A stretch of DNA of 63,508 nucleotides, the filler included, from Intoshia linei (Eukaryota > Animalia > Orthonectida): NCBI GenBank assembly GCA_001642005.1. It is 6 parts of 6 records of this genome, joined end to end, with 100 filler letters (N's around TTAATTAATTAA, not from the genome) between each part and the next. Parts side by side here need not be neighbours in the genome. Positions count along the whole stretch, not along the records: positions 50,915 to 55,107 come from LWCA01001970.1; positions 55,208 to 60,130 come from LWCA01001851.1; positions 60,231 to 63,508 come from LWCA01002113.1; 3 more parts are not named here. One strand, given 5' to 3'. How positions within the stretch are numbered: the first letter of the stretch is position 1; every line of letters starts with the position of its first letter. Below are positions 52,906 to 63,508 of this stretch, one piece after another. The notes beneath the pieces are model-generated. The model saw only the letters and a program-made list of their open reading frames with translations, made no database searches and had not been told where the DNA came from. The translations under genes were made by a program, and so were the position numbers.

Positions 52906-54062
52906 CTATTCATGAATGACATATAAAGGTGAAAATGGATTGATTTCAAAAGTATTGAAATTTCTGTTATATTTGTGTATTTTTTCATTTGAAATGGGAG
53001 TACTTTGATAGTCTGGCGTATTTTCGATGTCATCATTATTTTCAATGCGACTCAATTTGTTTCGTATAGATTCGTTGAAATTTGTTTCAATCAAAAGTTG
53101 ATTGTACGGACTATCTGGACAATTTTCAAATTCATCATTAACCCTTTTCATTACTTCATTTTTAAATAATTCCATTGACGACAATTCAATCATTGTGTAA
53201 TTTTTTAAATTATAAAATATTTGTACCCTCAAAGGTATTTTTGTAGTTGAAAGGGTTTTCATTTTTTTTTCATTGTCGTCACATATTTTTAAAAGGCTAA
53301 TAGTGTCATTTTCAACAGGTACATTTGGATTCATTAATTCTAGCTTTACATTATATTTTGACAAAAAATAATTTGATATTTGTAATATTGGAATTACTTT
53401 AAGAATAATCCTAATCTAAATGAATCGTATATTTGAACTAATATTATCATTACAAAAAATCGTAAAATTTTAATGGACACAGCAACTCTAGTTTTATGAT
53501 CCTTAATTTGAATTAATGAAGCATCCGTTTGACGTTCTATAGTACAAATCGAATTAGTTTCATTAGCTGTATCAAATTGGGATGAATCGCTTGTACTTGT
53601 TTGTTCATACGTCGAATTTGAATCATTTCCACTTTCTATCGTTTTCTAATTTTTTATTATTGATACAATTTACAATTTGGTGAGTTCAAATCGTTACCTG
53701 TACAATGTACTACAAATATTTTTAAACTATAGTAATTTTTATTTTTCTCAAAATAGATTTTTCATTTTTAAAATTGATCAGCATTAGAAAACATGAGGTA
53801 AAATTTTTAATTATTATAGAATTTGATATATATCTCATTAATTTTTGTGTACTTGTTTTTTACTGTAATGTAAATGTAAATATAGAGTTAAAATTACATT
53901 ATTAAAATCTATGTACAATATTGTTGAATTTGAAATATCTTTGGATGTGTCTAGACTAGTGTTTTGTTCGTATTCTTTTTGAGTTAGTTTTACGTGCACA
54001 CCACAGTACCAGAAGAGTATTTCTAGTTTTTTATACATTTCTCGGCTAAATGTTGAGTTCAT
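52906..54062 (-). CDS. Hypothetical multi-exon protein; exon structure only partly resolved
   Basis: ATG ORF at 54062, an S/T-rich open segment at about 53460-53646, and a 152-aa terminal ORF followed by AATAAA. No family recognised. Confidence 0.45.
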
Positions 54063-54095
54063 TAATTAAATTAGCTTGTTTTTGAATTTTGCGCC

Positions 54096-54836
54096 ATGTT
54101 GTTTGGTTACGTTATTAGTAGTATTGTTACAATTTTATTAGTTTTCTGATGAGACCAATTACAGTACAGTGTTACCTTGCTATAAGTAACATGGCCAACA
54201 TAAAAATTTATTTAGTAATACTAATTATTTTTCAAACATATTTTACAAATGAAGTTAACACTTAAATGTGTTTTTATGTAATAAGATTAGTTGAGATATT
54301 CAATTTACAATTAAGTCAATAAATTAAATTTATTTTTTAGTCAATTAACACAAATTATCTTTAATGTACCGTAGTTGTATAGTATTACTTTTTTAATTTA
54401 TTGGACTCACAATATATGATAAAAATGTGATATATTTGGTATACACCTGGAAATTCTGCCGTCGCAGAGCTAGCTACTGTTTGTACGAAATACAAAAAAC
54501 AAGCTACTTCATCACATAATTATAAAAAAATTTAGTAACGCTGAAATTGGATTAATTGGGCTAGCAGTAATGGGCCAAAATTTGGCTTTGAATTTTAGTG
54601 ATCATGGTTTTAAGGTATCATTTATTATTATATTTTAATTATGGAAATAATTATAGATTGCTATTTTTAATCGTACAGTTTCAAAAGTGACTGATTTCTA
54701 TAATTCTTTAAAGTACACAAACAATATCGTCCCAACCAACTCTATTAAACAGTTTATAAATTCATTGAAGTCTCCAAAGCGTATTGTTTTAATGGTTAAA
54801 GCTGGTAAGCCGGTAGATAGCTTTATACAATTGTTG
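54096..54836 (+). CDS. PGD: 6-phosphogluconate dehydrogenase (decarboxylating), 5' exons only
   Basis: Exons from 54536 give [25 protein letters not shown]|[11 protein letters not shown]...[22 protein letters not shown] 5-nt start exon at 54096..54100 is tentative. Confidence 0.92.
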
Positions 54837-54862
54837 GTACTTTTTTACGTTTATTAAATTAT

Positions 54863-55087
54863 GAGAATATTCTTAAACCCAACCATTTTTACTAAAATTA
54901 AAATTTACCAACCTTTAATGGAAAAATTCGATTTTAAAAGCCTTTTAGGGAAAATCCCAATTTTACCAACCTTAAAAGAAAAAATTTGGTTTTAAAAACC
55001 CTTTATAGGAAAATTCCAGTTTTACCAACCTTTATGGGAAAACCCACTTTTATCAACCTTTAATGGAAAAATCGAGTTTTTGTTTTT
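54863..55087 (+). repeat. Foldback-like terminus with internal tandem repeats of about 30 nt; inverted copy at 60231-60364
   Basis: GAGAATATTCTTAAACCCAACCATTTTTACT followed by repeated ttttaccaacctt..ggaaaa units; related tracts near 17620-17760 and 39640-39760. Confidence 0.65.
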
Positions 55088-55107
55088 GAGTTATATCATC
55101 CACTACA

Positions 55108-55207
55108 NNNNNNNNNNNNNNNNNNNNNNNNNNNNNNNNNNNNNNNNNNNNTTAATTAATTAANNNNNNNNNNNNNNNNNNNNNNNNNNNNNNNNNNNNN
55201 NNNNNNN
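55108..55207. other. Artificial 100-nt assembly spacer
   Basis: N44-TTAATTAATTAA-N44. Confidence 0.95.
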
Positions 55208-55534
55208 TTAATATTTTTTATTTATAAATTTATCAGATTTTTGAAAATATTGGAATATTTTAGTTTGCTTTTTTTTATTTGAGATAATCTTGTGACATTT
55301 TGTTTCAAGAGTATAAATATCAATTAAAGCCGATGGAGAGATCCTTGAGGTCATGACTTTTATTTTTTCAATTAAACTTAGGTATTCTGATAACTCTGGA
55401 TATGTTATATCTTCACATACTATATTATCTATCTTGGGCTCTTCTTTGATTTCTTCTACTGTTAACTCTTCTAATTCTTTCTTTAAATCGTCAAACTGTA
55501 CTTCAGTTACCCTGCTGAAGCGAAACAATTTCAA
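55208..55534 (-). mobile_element. Probable pogo/Tigger-like transposase C-terminal remnant
   Basis: Acidic stretch followed by the KKQTKIFQYF terminal motif typical of pogo-family proteins. Confidence 0.5.
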
Positions 55535-56626
55535 AAATCATCTATTAATACATATATAGTTTCAAATACTAGATCCGTTGTAAATTCCCATCATATGGAA
55601 CACTATATTACATTTTTCTGTTTTATTTTTTTAATTATGCTCGGTGCTGTGTTTAGGATGAATTTTCCAAATGTCGTCTTAAATTATTTTCCATCGGCAT
55701 ATCATTAATAAAAATACCCCACCAATCATACAACAGAATTACCACATGTATATTACTAAAAAATTCACTCTTCTCATTAAAAACATATTAAAACAATGTT
55801 TACATTATTTTTATCGTATGCCAGTGGGTCTGGGTTCATTAAACGACACTGAGTATACATTGTTATAAATTTTTAAATTCATAAATGATCACGATACTTA
55901 TTTTACTAATTAATTGTTACTAATTAATAATGAAAGTAATGGTAAATATCACTTTCTTGGACGATAAACTACATATTGATGTATATAATTTTACTTAAAA
56001 TAACTTATTTACATATTAAAAGCGATATTTCATCATGTTCATTGTTCAAAATAGTCAATTTTGATATCAAAGATTTATTTAAATAATCAATATTTAACAT
56101 TTTAAAAAAAATAAAATTGTCATCATCAGAGTTTATATTGAACAATGTTCATATAGGAAAAAGTCGACTGTATGAGTAAAGATGTAATATTTTTGATTGA
56201 CTAAGTAATACGAGTATATTATGAATCTGGTCAGTATCAATTAATTCAAAAGTTTTTACAACCATCGATTTTCAAAGTTAATTTAAATTTTAACTTTGTT
56301 GTGAAATGAATGAATAATTTTAATATTTGTAATTCACAAATTGTCAACTGTTTTTTATTGTTTCAGTTATTATATATATTTAATTTTTTCTTGAATTAGA
56401 GTTATTTAAAGAAAAATATACATGTAAATCTCCGCCCTCGATACCGTTTTTACTGCGTATAAACATCACTTCAATTAATTGAAATAATTAAAATAATGTT
56501 TATTGACTGAATTTTAACTTTTATGTATGTTTTTAATGGTACTGTTTATTTCGTGTTTGTGTTTTATTATACCCTGAACACTATACCGTACTAAATTTTA
56601 TACATTTATATTAATATCAACATTAG

Positions 56627-57102
56627 GAATCGTACTATTTGCATCCTTAATTTTCTATGCTGAAAAAATGATGGAAAATCCACACAATCAATTTACATCT
56701 ATTCCGGTAGGATTTTGGTGGGCTGTAGTGACAATGACTACTGTTGGTTATGGGGATATAACACCAAAAACATATATAGGCATGACAATAGGTGCATTTT
56801 GTGCATTAGCGGGAGTACTGTGTTTAGCTCTACCTGTACCAGTAATTGTGAATAATTTTGCTCAGTTTTATTCACACACTAAAGCAAGATCCAAATTACC
56901 TAAAGAACGAAGACACATCATACCAATTGAAATTTTTAAAAAACCAACCTCCGATGCTTATGTCGTTAAAAAAGTAATTTCAACTGAATCTGCTAGCAAG
57001 TTGATTGTAAAAAACTGTAATACCATTTTTCGACATTCTGAATCAAAAACATTAATTGATAAACTAGATAACAAATTCAGTATTCAATTGAATAAAGATT
57101 AA
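56627..57102 (+). CDS. Shaw: Shaw/Kv3 voltage-gated potassium channel, last exon (S5, pore, S6, C-terminus)
   Basis: Acceptor AG at 56625-56626. [41 protein letters not shown] and the Shaw-type [15 protein letters not shown]. Confidence 0.93.
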
Positions 57103-58060
57103 TTTTACAAAGAATACAAAATTTCGTTAGACTACGTTGATAAATACACGTTATTGTTTCAAATATTTTAATAAATTTTTCATATTTTAAAATTTTGCGT
57201 CAGTCAATATTACCAACAATCTGTATTTCAAATTGAACAATTTATTATGCGACGATTCTTAAATTTTCAACAATGCCGATTAAATTCTTAAAAAACAATT
57301 CCGATTTTAATGCGATTCTAAATAGTGTTAAATCACACTATTTGTGTCATTTTTATTTATCTTAAAAATCCGTTAAAATAATAATAATTAAAAAAATAAC
57401 CAAGAATAAACAAAATTTATATAACTACGAAATAAATCACTAAGAATCAATAAAAATGCTTAAAACCTTCAAAAATTACCTTTTGATAAATATCGGAACT
57501 AAAAATGTACAAATACATTTTTTTACGTTCGCCACTAAACAGCTGAAAAATATTAACTTGAAAATCATGAAAAGATTTTATAATTGATACTTTAACAAAT
57601 TGTCCTAAAATCTAAAGTTGTGGTGAATCCACATTAAGAATTTCTCGATTACATAATCCTCTTAAACTGGTTAAAATTTTATCCAAAAAATCTTAACACT
57701 ATTTTTATTAAAATAAAGTTCACTTAATGCAGTAAAAAATGTGTTTCCAAAGAAATATCTGCACAAATGTTTTTATGAAATTAAATTGAATTTATTTTTA
57801 ACTTTAATTTAAGATGTCATTTAAATTTGACACGGTAGCAATCAAAACCTTGTCATATGAAGCAAAACAAGCATTAAATTATGAATCCATTCAAAACGTA
57901 AACAATATCATTCATTAAGTTTTATATTATTTAGCTTTTATGTGAGAATGAAAAGTTGATAGAACTTATATCCAAATTAATTGAAAATGGTTATGTCACT
58001 GAAGCTTTTGAGTATATTTTAAATAGCAATATTGCTTTTGATAGAAAATTTATAATGAAA

Positions 58061-58437
58061 CTAGGTTGACTGTTATGTACTACGTACAAACAGGACTTAG
58101 CTCTACCGAGGGCACATTTTTATTCTACCAAAAAAATATATTCACGTTGAAAATCTAACTTCCAAATCCTATTATTAACTATTATCAATCCTTTATTGGA
58201 GTGGTTATCAAACTTGTTTAAGGTGGAACCGTCATATCACATTACTTTTTACTTTAAAGTGAATTATTCCATCTTAATTTTTCTTGTTAACATTTACGTA
58301 AAGAATTTTAAAAACAATTATCCTACTTTTTTAATTTATTAGACAGAATTTCTGTATAATATTAAAAATAAATTAAAAACAGTCCAATCCTAAAAATTGT
58401 CATAAAAACCTATTTTGTCATTTTCAATGTGATGATA
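58061..58437 (-). mobile_element. Helitron 3' fragment
   Basis: A|CTAG plus the inverted hairpin CTGTTATGTACTACGTACAAACAG. Confidence 0.82.
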
Positions 58438-58999
58438 TACAGTAGACGCTATTCAATGAATAGTATTCATATTCAACATTCATTTGTAATGGAAAATGTT
58501 ATACGATAATGTAAACGTTCAAATTATGATTTTTATTATTATATTTTAAAAATTTTGCTTCATTTCGATAATGCAAATAATAAATTTAATTTTATTCTAC
58601 AAAGTCAACAATGGATAATACAATTTAAACTGTAAAAAATGTATTTTAGTTACTAAAAAATAGATTCGTTACCTATGAAGTGTCTCTTATAGGATGATTT
58701 AATTGTTGTACAGTCCGACCCCGCTTTGGGTAAAACTCGGTGATGAGTATACTCGTGTTTTAATAATTCCTATAGTGATGACATTAAATTAAAATTATAT
58801 TTATTTAAATATTTTACATACATTTTCATAGGGATACATTTAAACTAACAGTAAATTTAGCTTCATTTAGCAGTTATTTTTATTACAGTAAATTAACTTC
58901 ATTTAGCAGTAACATTACTCAATTCACAGTGTAGTAAACTTTAGTTTATTATCTCCTTATTGATTCTATATTATCAACCTGTAACGACTTATAATAAAA

Positions 59000-60130
59000 T
59001 TAACTAAATCGTTTATACACATACAGTTCTGTAGTGTGTGTTTTTTTTACAATAAAATATATTTTGAAGTGTCTGTTTAATTTTATATATAATCTTGTGT
59101 CTCGTGTAAGTGGAAATAAAGATTTTATCAAATTGAAATGTATTGTTATCACTAACGCTACACCTTCTTCTCAGTTCGTATTGGAACAGGGTTGATACTT
59201 TTGTCAAATAATTTGTACCTGAATAAAAATTGTTTAACTTTTTTGGGAAAACGCGTTTACGTTTAGGTGTAATTGCGATCGAGCTACTGTGTGTATTATT
59301 TGGTGTTAATTGCTGGTAACTATTATTAAAGTCATCCGCCGCAGAGTTAAGAGTTTTGCTTTTAATATAGTCATTAAATGAGGAAGATACATTTAATGGG
59401 AGGTATTGTTGTTGTAATTTATTGGAAATGGGTTCGTTTTTTCTCTTTAATTGAAACTGTAGGTTGTTTTTGGTACTCTTTTGTCGAAATTAAATTTTAC
59501 GCGTAGGATTTGATAGGACGGTTTGTGTGAACGTACTTGCTCAGCTATTTTACTTTTTGAAACAGGATATATTGATTTTGGAATGTAAGGGTAACATATT
59601 CGTCTTTCAAAAACAATCTCGGACGGGGAGACAATTCTTTTCCGTGGACATATTACGAATATCCATCAGTATTTTAGGAATTGTCAGATCCCAATTATCT
59701 CTATCCTTATTAGACAAAATACGGATTTTGTCTTTAATTTTTCTGTTCATACGTTCCACTGATCCAACACCCTCGTGGTGATATACTGTTTAATATATGT
59801 ATGGGTTTTCTGAATTCTCAATTGGGAGCATAACTCGTTAACTATTTTAGATTCAAATTGACTGCCCATGTCTGTAAATTCGATTTGGGACACCGAACCT
59901 AGCTACTATATCATTCATTATATGATGGTACAACATTTTCCGCCGTTATTAATTCTATTGGGAATATTTCCGGCCAACCCGAATAGTGATCTAGCATTAC
60001 TAACATGTAACGATTTAGATGCTTTTAAGTGAATCCTTCTGAGTATAATCTATCAAAAAAGATTTGCAGATGTCGCTTATGTTCCGCTAAAGATTTAGAT
60101 GCAATGATAACGTCATCCATATATGCAGCT
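59000..60130 (-). mobile_element. Decayed Gypsy retrotransposon (RT and integrase fragments)
   Basis: AAYMDDVIIASKSLAEH near 60130; YHHEGVGSVERMNRKIK near 59740-59790. Confidence 0.8.
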
Positions 60131-60230
60131 NNNNNNNNNNNNNNNNNNNNNNNNNNNNNNNNNNNNNNNNNNNNTTAATTAATTAANNNNNNNNNNNNNN
60201 NNNNNNNNNNNNNNNNNNNNNNNNNNNNNN
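60131..60230. other. Artificial 100-nt assembly spacer
   Basis: N44-TTAATTAATTAA-N44. Confidence 0.95.
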
Positions 60231-60479
60231 TTAAAGGTTGGTAAAAGTGGGTTTTCCCATAAGAGTTGGTAAAATTGCGATTTTTCCCTTAAAGGTTAGT
60301 AAATTTTGATTTTTAGTAAAAATGTTGGATTTAAGTAAAAATGGTTGGGTTTAAGAATATTCTCAAAATTAAAATAATTAGGAAGTTATTATAATCATTT
60401 TGCTACAGCAACATATAAAATTTAACAAAATTAAAACTTGTCAAACTGAATTGATAAAATAAAATTTATATTTATTTAA

Positions 60480-62809
60480 ATGAAGAGTGAAATTCGACTA
60501 CTAGAGTATCAAACTCTAAAGGTACACCTTATCTTTGACACCACCTGAAAAAATGTGATTACTGATTTTCTTTAAATTTTGTGATTATAATTCTTCCCAA
60601 TGCAATTATCTGTGCTCAGTTTCTTATCTATTGGGTAGATCATTTTTAGACTTTATAATGATTCATTTTTTCTCGATTCCATTATCAATATTTTTTTATA
60701 AAAAAGATATTCCTTTATTACAATAAGTTTTATTATTTTGATGACAATCCTCAAATACCAATTGAATGCCGAATTATCAATTATAGTTGTTAATTTCATC
60801 TTTTGAAATTAATTTTAAAGCGCAACAAATTTTAGCCCGACGAAAATGTAGGTAACTAGAATATTTTATTTTTTAGCTCAAAATCTTAAATGGTAACCAG
60901 AAAGTTACCTACTCGTCCCTGGTCTAAAACATACGTTATATTCACTTTTAGACACCATATGAAGCATTTAATAGGGTTTATCGATCAGCTCAAAAAAATA
61001 TAGAACGGGAATGTGTTAATGTCACCAATGCAATTAGTCGATATAATGAAGCTCTCTCTACTAATGATTCGGATTATATACAACATTTAATGTTATCAAT
61101 AAAAGAACATTTAATCATCTTAAAAGAAAAGGTTTCAATAAATTGGGTTTATTACGTTAAAAAGATATGTTCGTATGGGTTCAATTTCCCTTGGGATTTT
61201 GTTAAAATGGTTTCTTTTCTTTGTAGAAAAATTAGACTATTCAGATTCAGACTATAATCTACCATTTAATTATATATATATATAACACTTATGTCATTGA
61301 TAATTGAACATTATCATACATTTTAGTTTCTAGAGCATGTTACACAACAACAAGCGTATGCAGAAAAATTAAGAATAAGGCTGCTTCCAATAGAAGAATA
61401 TGAAAAAGAACCAGTTAGATCCGGTGTGAATGCTTTTCAGAAGAATCAGCTATACAGATTTGTTGTTGATTATCTACTCAGAAATAAGTGTTTTGATATT
61501 GCCAATTCTATAGCTAATGATTTTAATATACGTGTAAGCTTATTATACTTAATAATGACCGGCTAATCGTAATGCAATACTTATGTTTTTATCAAACTTC
61601 TTTTGTTTGTTATGAACCATGCGTGTTTAATCAGTGTAAACTTCGTTCTCTGTATGATACAACATTTGATACCTTGTCTTTGCTATTCCTATTATAATAG
61701 GAATAGCAATTTTATTCCAATTTTTAAATTGTTATTATTAGAGTCTTACTGATATTGATGAATTTATCAATTTAAGGAAATACTTGCATGATTTGGCCGT
61801 TGGTAAAACTGAAGAACCTATACAATGGTGTGTATCGAATAAATCTAAATTGCGGAAAATTAACGTAATATTACAAACCTGCATTAAGAATCAATAAAAT
61901 AAATGAAAGTGTTCATTAAAAATAAATATTGCATGTACAAAAAATACAAATTGCGCCATTTAAATTTAAACTTTTTTTTCTAAATTTTAATCTCGATAAT
62001 TTTCATGGTAAATATGTTGTAAAATTTGAAAATAAATTATTGGCACAATTCAATTATTACACAAACAGGTAAAATTTATGCATAATGTTTGATATTGAAT
62101 TTTATATTTTACATCGAGTTTAATTTTTTTATTTTAGAGTAATATTGAACAGAAAATAAGAATAAAGATATTTTATGAATTTTGTGTTTGTGGTAAAATT
62201 AAGGAGGCGATTAGGTATATACTATTCTGCGTTTGTTTTATTAAATTTTGTAATTTTAGTTACGCATCAAATTTTTTAGTTTGCAAAGAATTTGAATGGA
62301 AATTTATCCAAGGAATTGTATCAATAGTGTTGTTTTGCAAAGAAGGTACTACAACACATCCACTCGATATAAATGATAAGGTAAACCAACATTCTCAATT
62401 GCTAAAAATTTCATTTACAAGTTTGTCAATTAATTGTTTTTGCATAGTATCAATTGTCATCATATTCTTGGCCAAGGCTTGCTTATGAATTGGAACATGA
62501 TTTTTATAAAATTTATAATATGAAATCTGAATCGAATTTGGAAATGTTGTGTAAGATTGGAATCTCATGCCTTAAAACACAGTATTCAACAAGGAATGAA
62601 AATTTTTATATTTATTTAGAGATTGTTATAATGTGGCGAGACGAAAAATGGACTGTCCAGTTTGTTCTCCAATTATCAACATTTTAGCTAAAGATTTACC
62701 GTTTTCGCACATGACGAAAACTGTTTTATTGTGTGGTATATGTGATAAACTTATGAACGATGAAAATCCTCCAATGTATTTGCCTAATGGAAATGTTTAT
62801 TGTCATAGT
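60480..62809 (+). CDS. MAEA: CTLH/GID E3 ligase RING subunit MAEA (Fyv10), multi-exon; final exon not in the window
   Basis: MKSEIRLLEYQTLK|TPYEAFNRVYRSAQKNIERE, LisH-like LYRFVVDYLLR, WCVSNKSKLRK, GISCLKT and CPVCS..LAKDLPFSH...MNDENPPMYLPNGNVY. Confidence 0.92.
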
Positions 62810-62914
62810 GTAATTGTTTTTTTACTGGTATAGTCTGTGTAGACCATAGGCCCTATATGGTAGATTTCCGAAAATTTTGAAACATTGATTTGCAAGATAT
62901 AATGGACTCGCAGA

Positions 62915-63508
62915 TTAACATTTTAGAGGTTTTTCTGTGATTGTTCGGTTATTCCTTTCAACGTTACCAATTTTATTTTGCATGTAGGGTTTGGCCGATA
63001 TGTGATTGAAATTGAAGGTTTTAGATAGTTTCGTCATTATGTTCGATTCAAATTGGCGTCCGCGATCGGTTTGAATCCATTGGGGTGGTCCGTATCGGCA
63101 GATTATATGAGGAAAAATTGCATTTGTTACTGTTTCAGCAGTGATATCTTCTGTAACTTGAAATTCAAAATAACCTGAAAAGTGGTCTACCATATTAATA
63201 ATGTACCTATTTCCAGAGTTTGTTACAGGTAACGGACCGAGGATAACAATCTGCCAAACCTCATTAAAATGATTTGTTTCTACTGGTTTTAAAGGCTTAA
63301 ATCGTTTGTATGTTTGATGTTTAGCTATTTGACAATCATTACAATTATTAGTCACTTCTTTTATATTTTTAATCAAATTGGGAATGTAATATTTTTGGTT
63401 TATCAATTGATAGAATTTATTATTCCCCGGGTGACAATAGAGTGTAAATGTATGGAAATTCTTGATAATATCCCTAATCATCATTGATGGAACAATAGGA
63501 CGAAAAAT
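62915..63508 (-). mobile_element. Gypsy integrase remnant, probably within an MAEA intron
   Basis: HHCC zinc motif (H..HPG..CNDCQ), ILGPLP, VDHFS, TDRGRQFES, GNVERNNRT. Confidence 0.88.

Noticed and set aside
54863-55087. Periodic repeats as a CRISPR array
   Set aside because: Degenerate tandem units without unique spacers, eukaryotic context, no cas genes.

Overview
Very AT-rich, transposon-dense genomic DNA from an animal with mostly tiny (about 32-40 nt) GT-AG introns, so the ORF track misses or fragments most real genes. Gene content and intron size fit a genome-reduced bilaterian such as the orthonectid Intoshia; that assignment is an inference. The window is six pieces joined by five identical 100-nt spacers (N44-TTAATTAATTAA-N44), and genes are truncated near several joins. 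Spliced genes reconstructed by hand: a complete Lbx/ladybird homeobox gene, an orphan type I membrane protein, the 3' part of WDR63/DNAI3, selenoprotein T with an in-frame UGA in a CxxU motif, the 5' part of TMEM63, a pepsin-family protease, the 5' part of 6-phosphogluconate dehydrogenase, the last exon of a Shaw/Kv3 channel and most of MAEA. Apparently intronless genes: DBR1 and two tandem MBOAT7-like acyltransferases. Mobile DNA: a multi-copy non-autonomous Helitron family, hAT elements and MITEs with 8-bp TSDs, an intron-containing Tc1/Tc3-like element nested in a hAT, and Chapaev-like, pogo-like and Gypsy remnants. The best lead is the hidden selenoprotein T, for which I could not find a canonical C-terminal exon or SECIS. 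I see no strong evidence for a wholly new multi-gene system.
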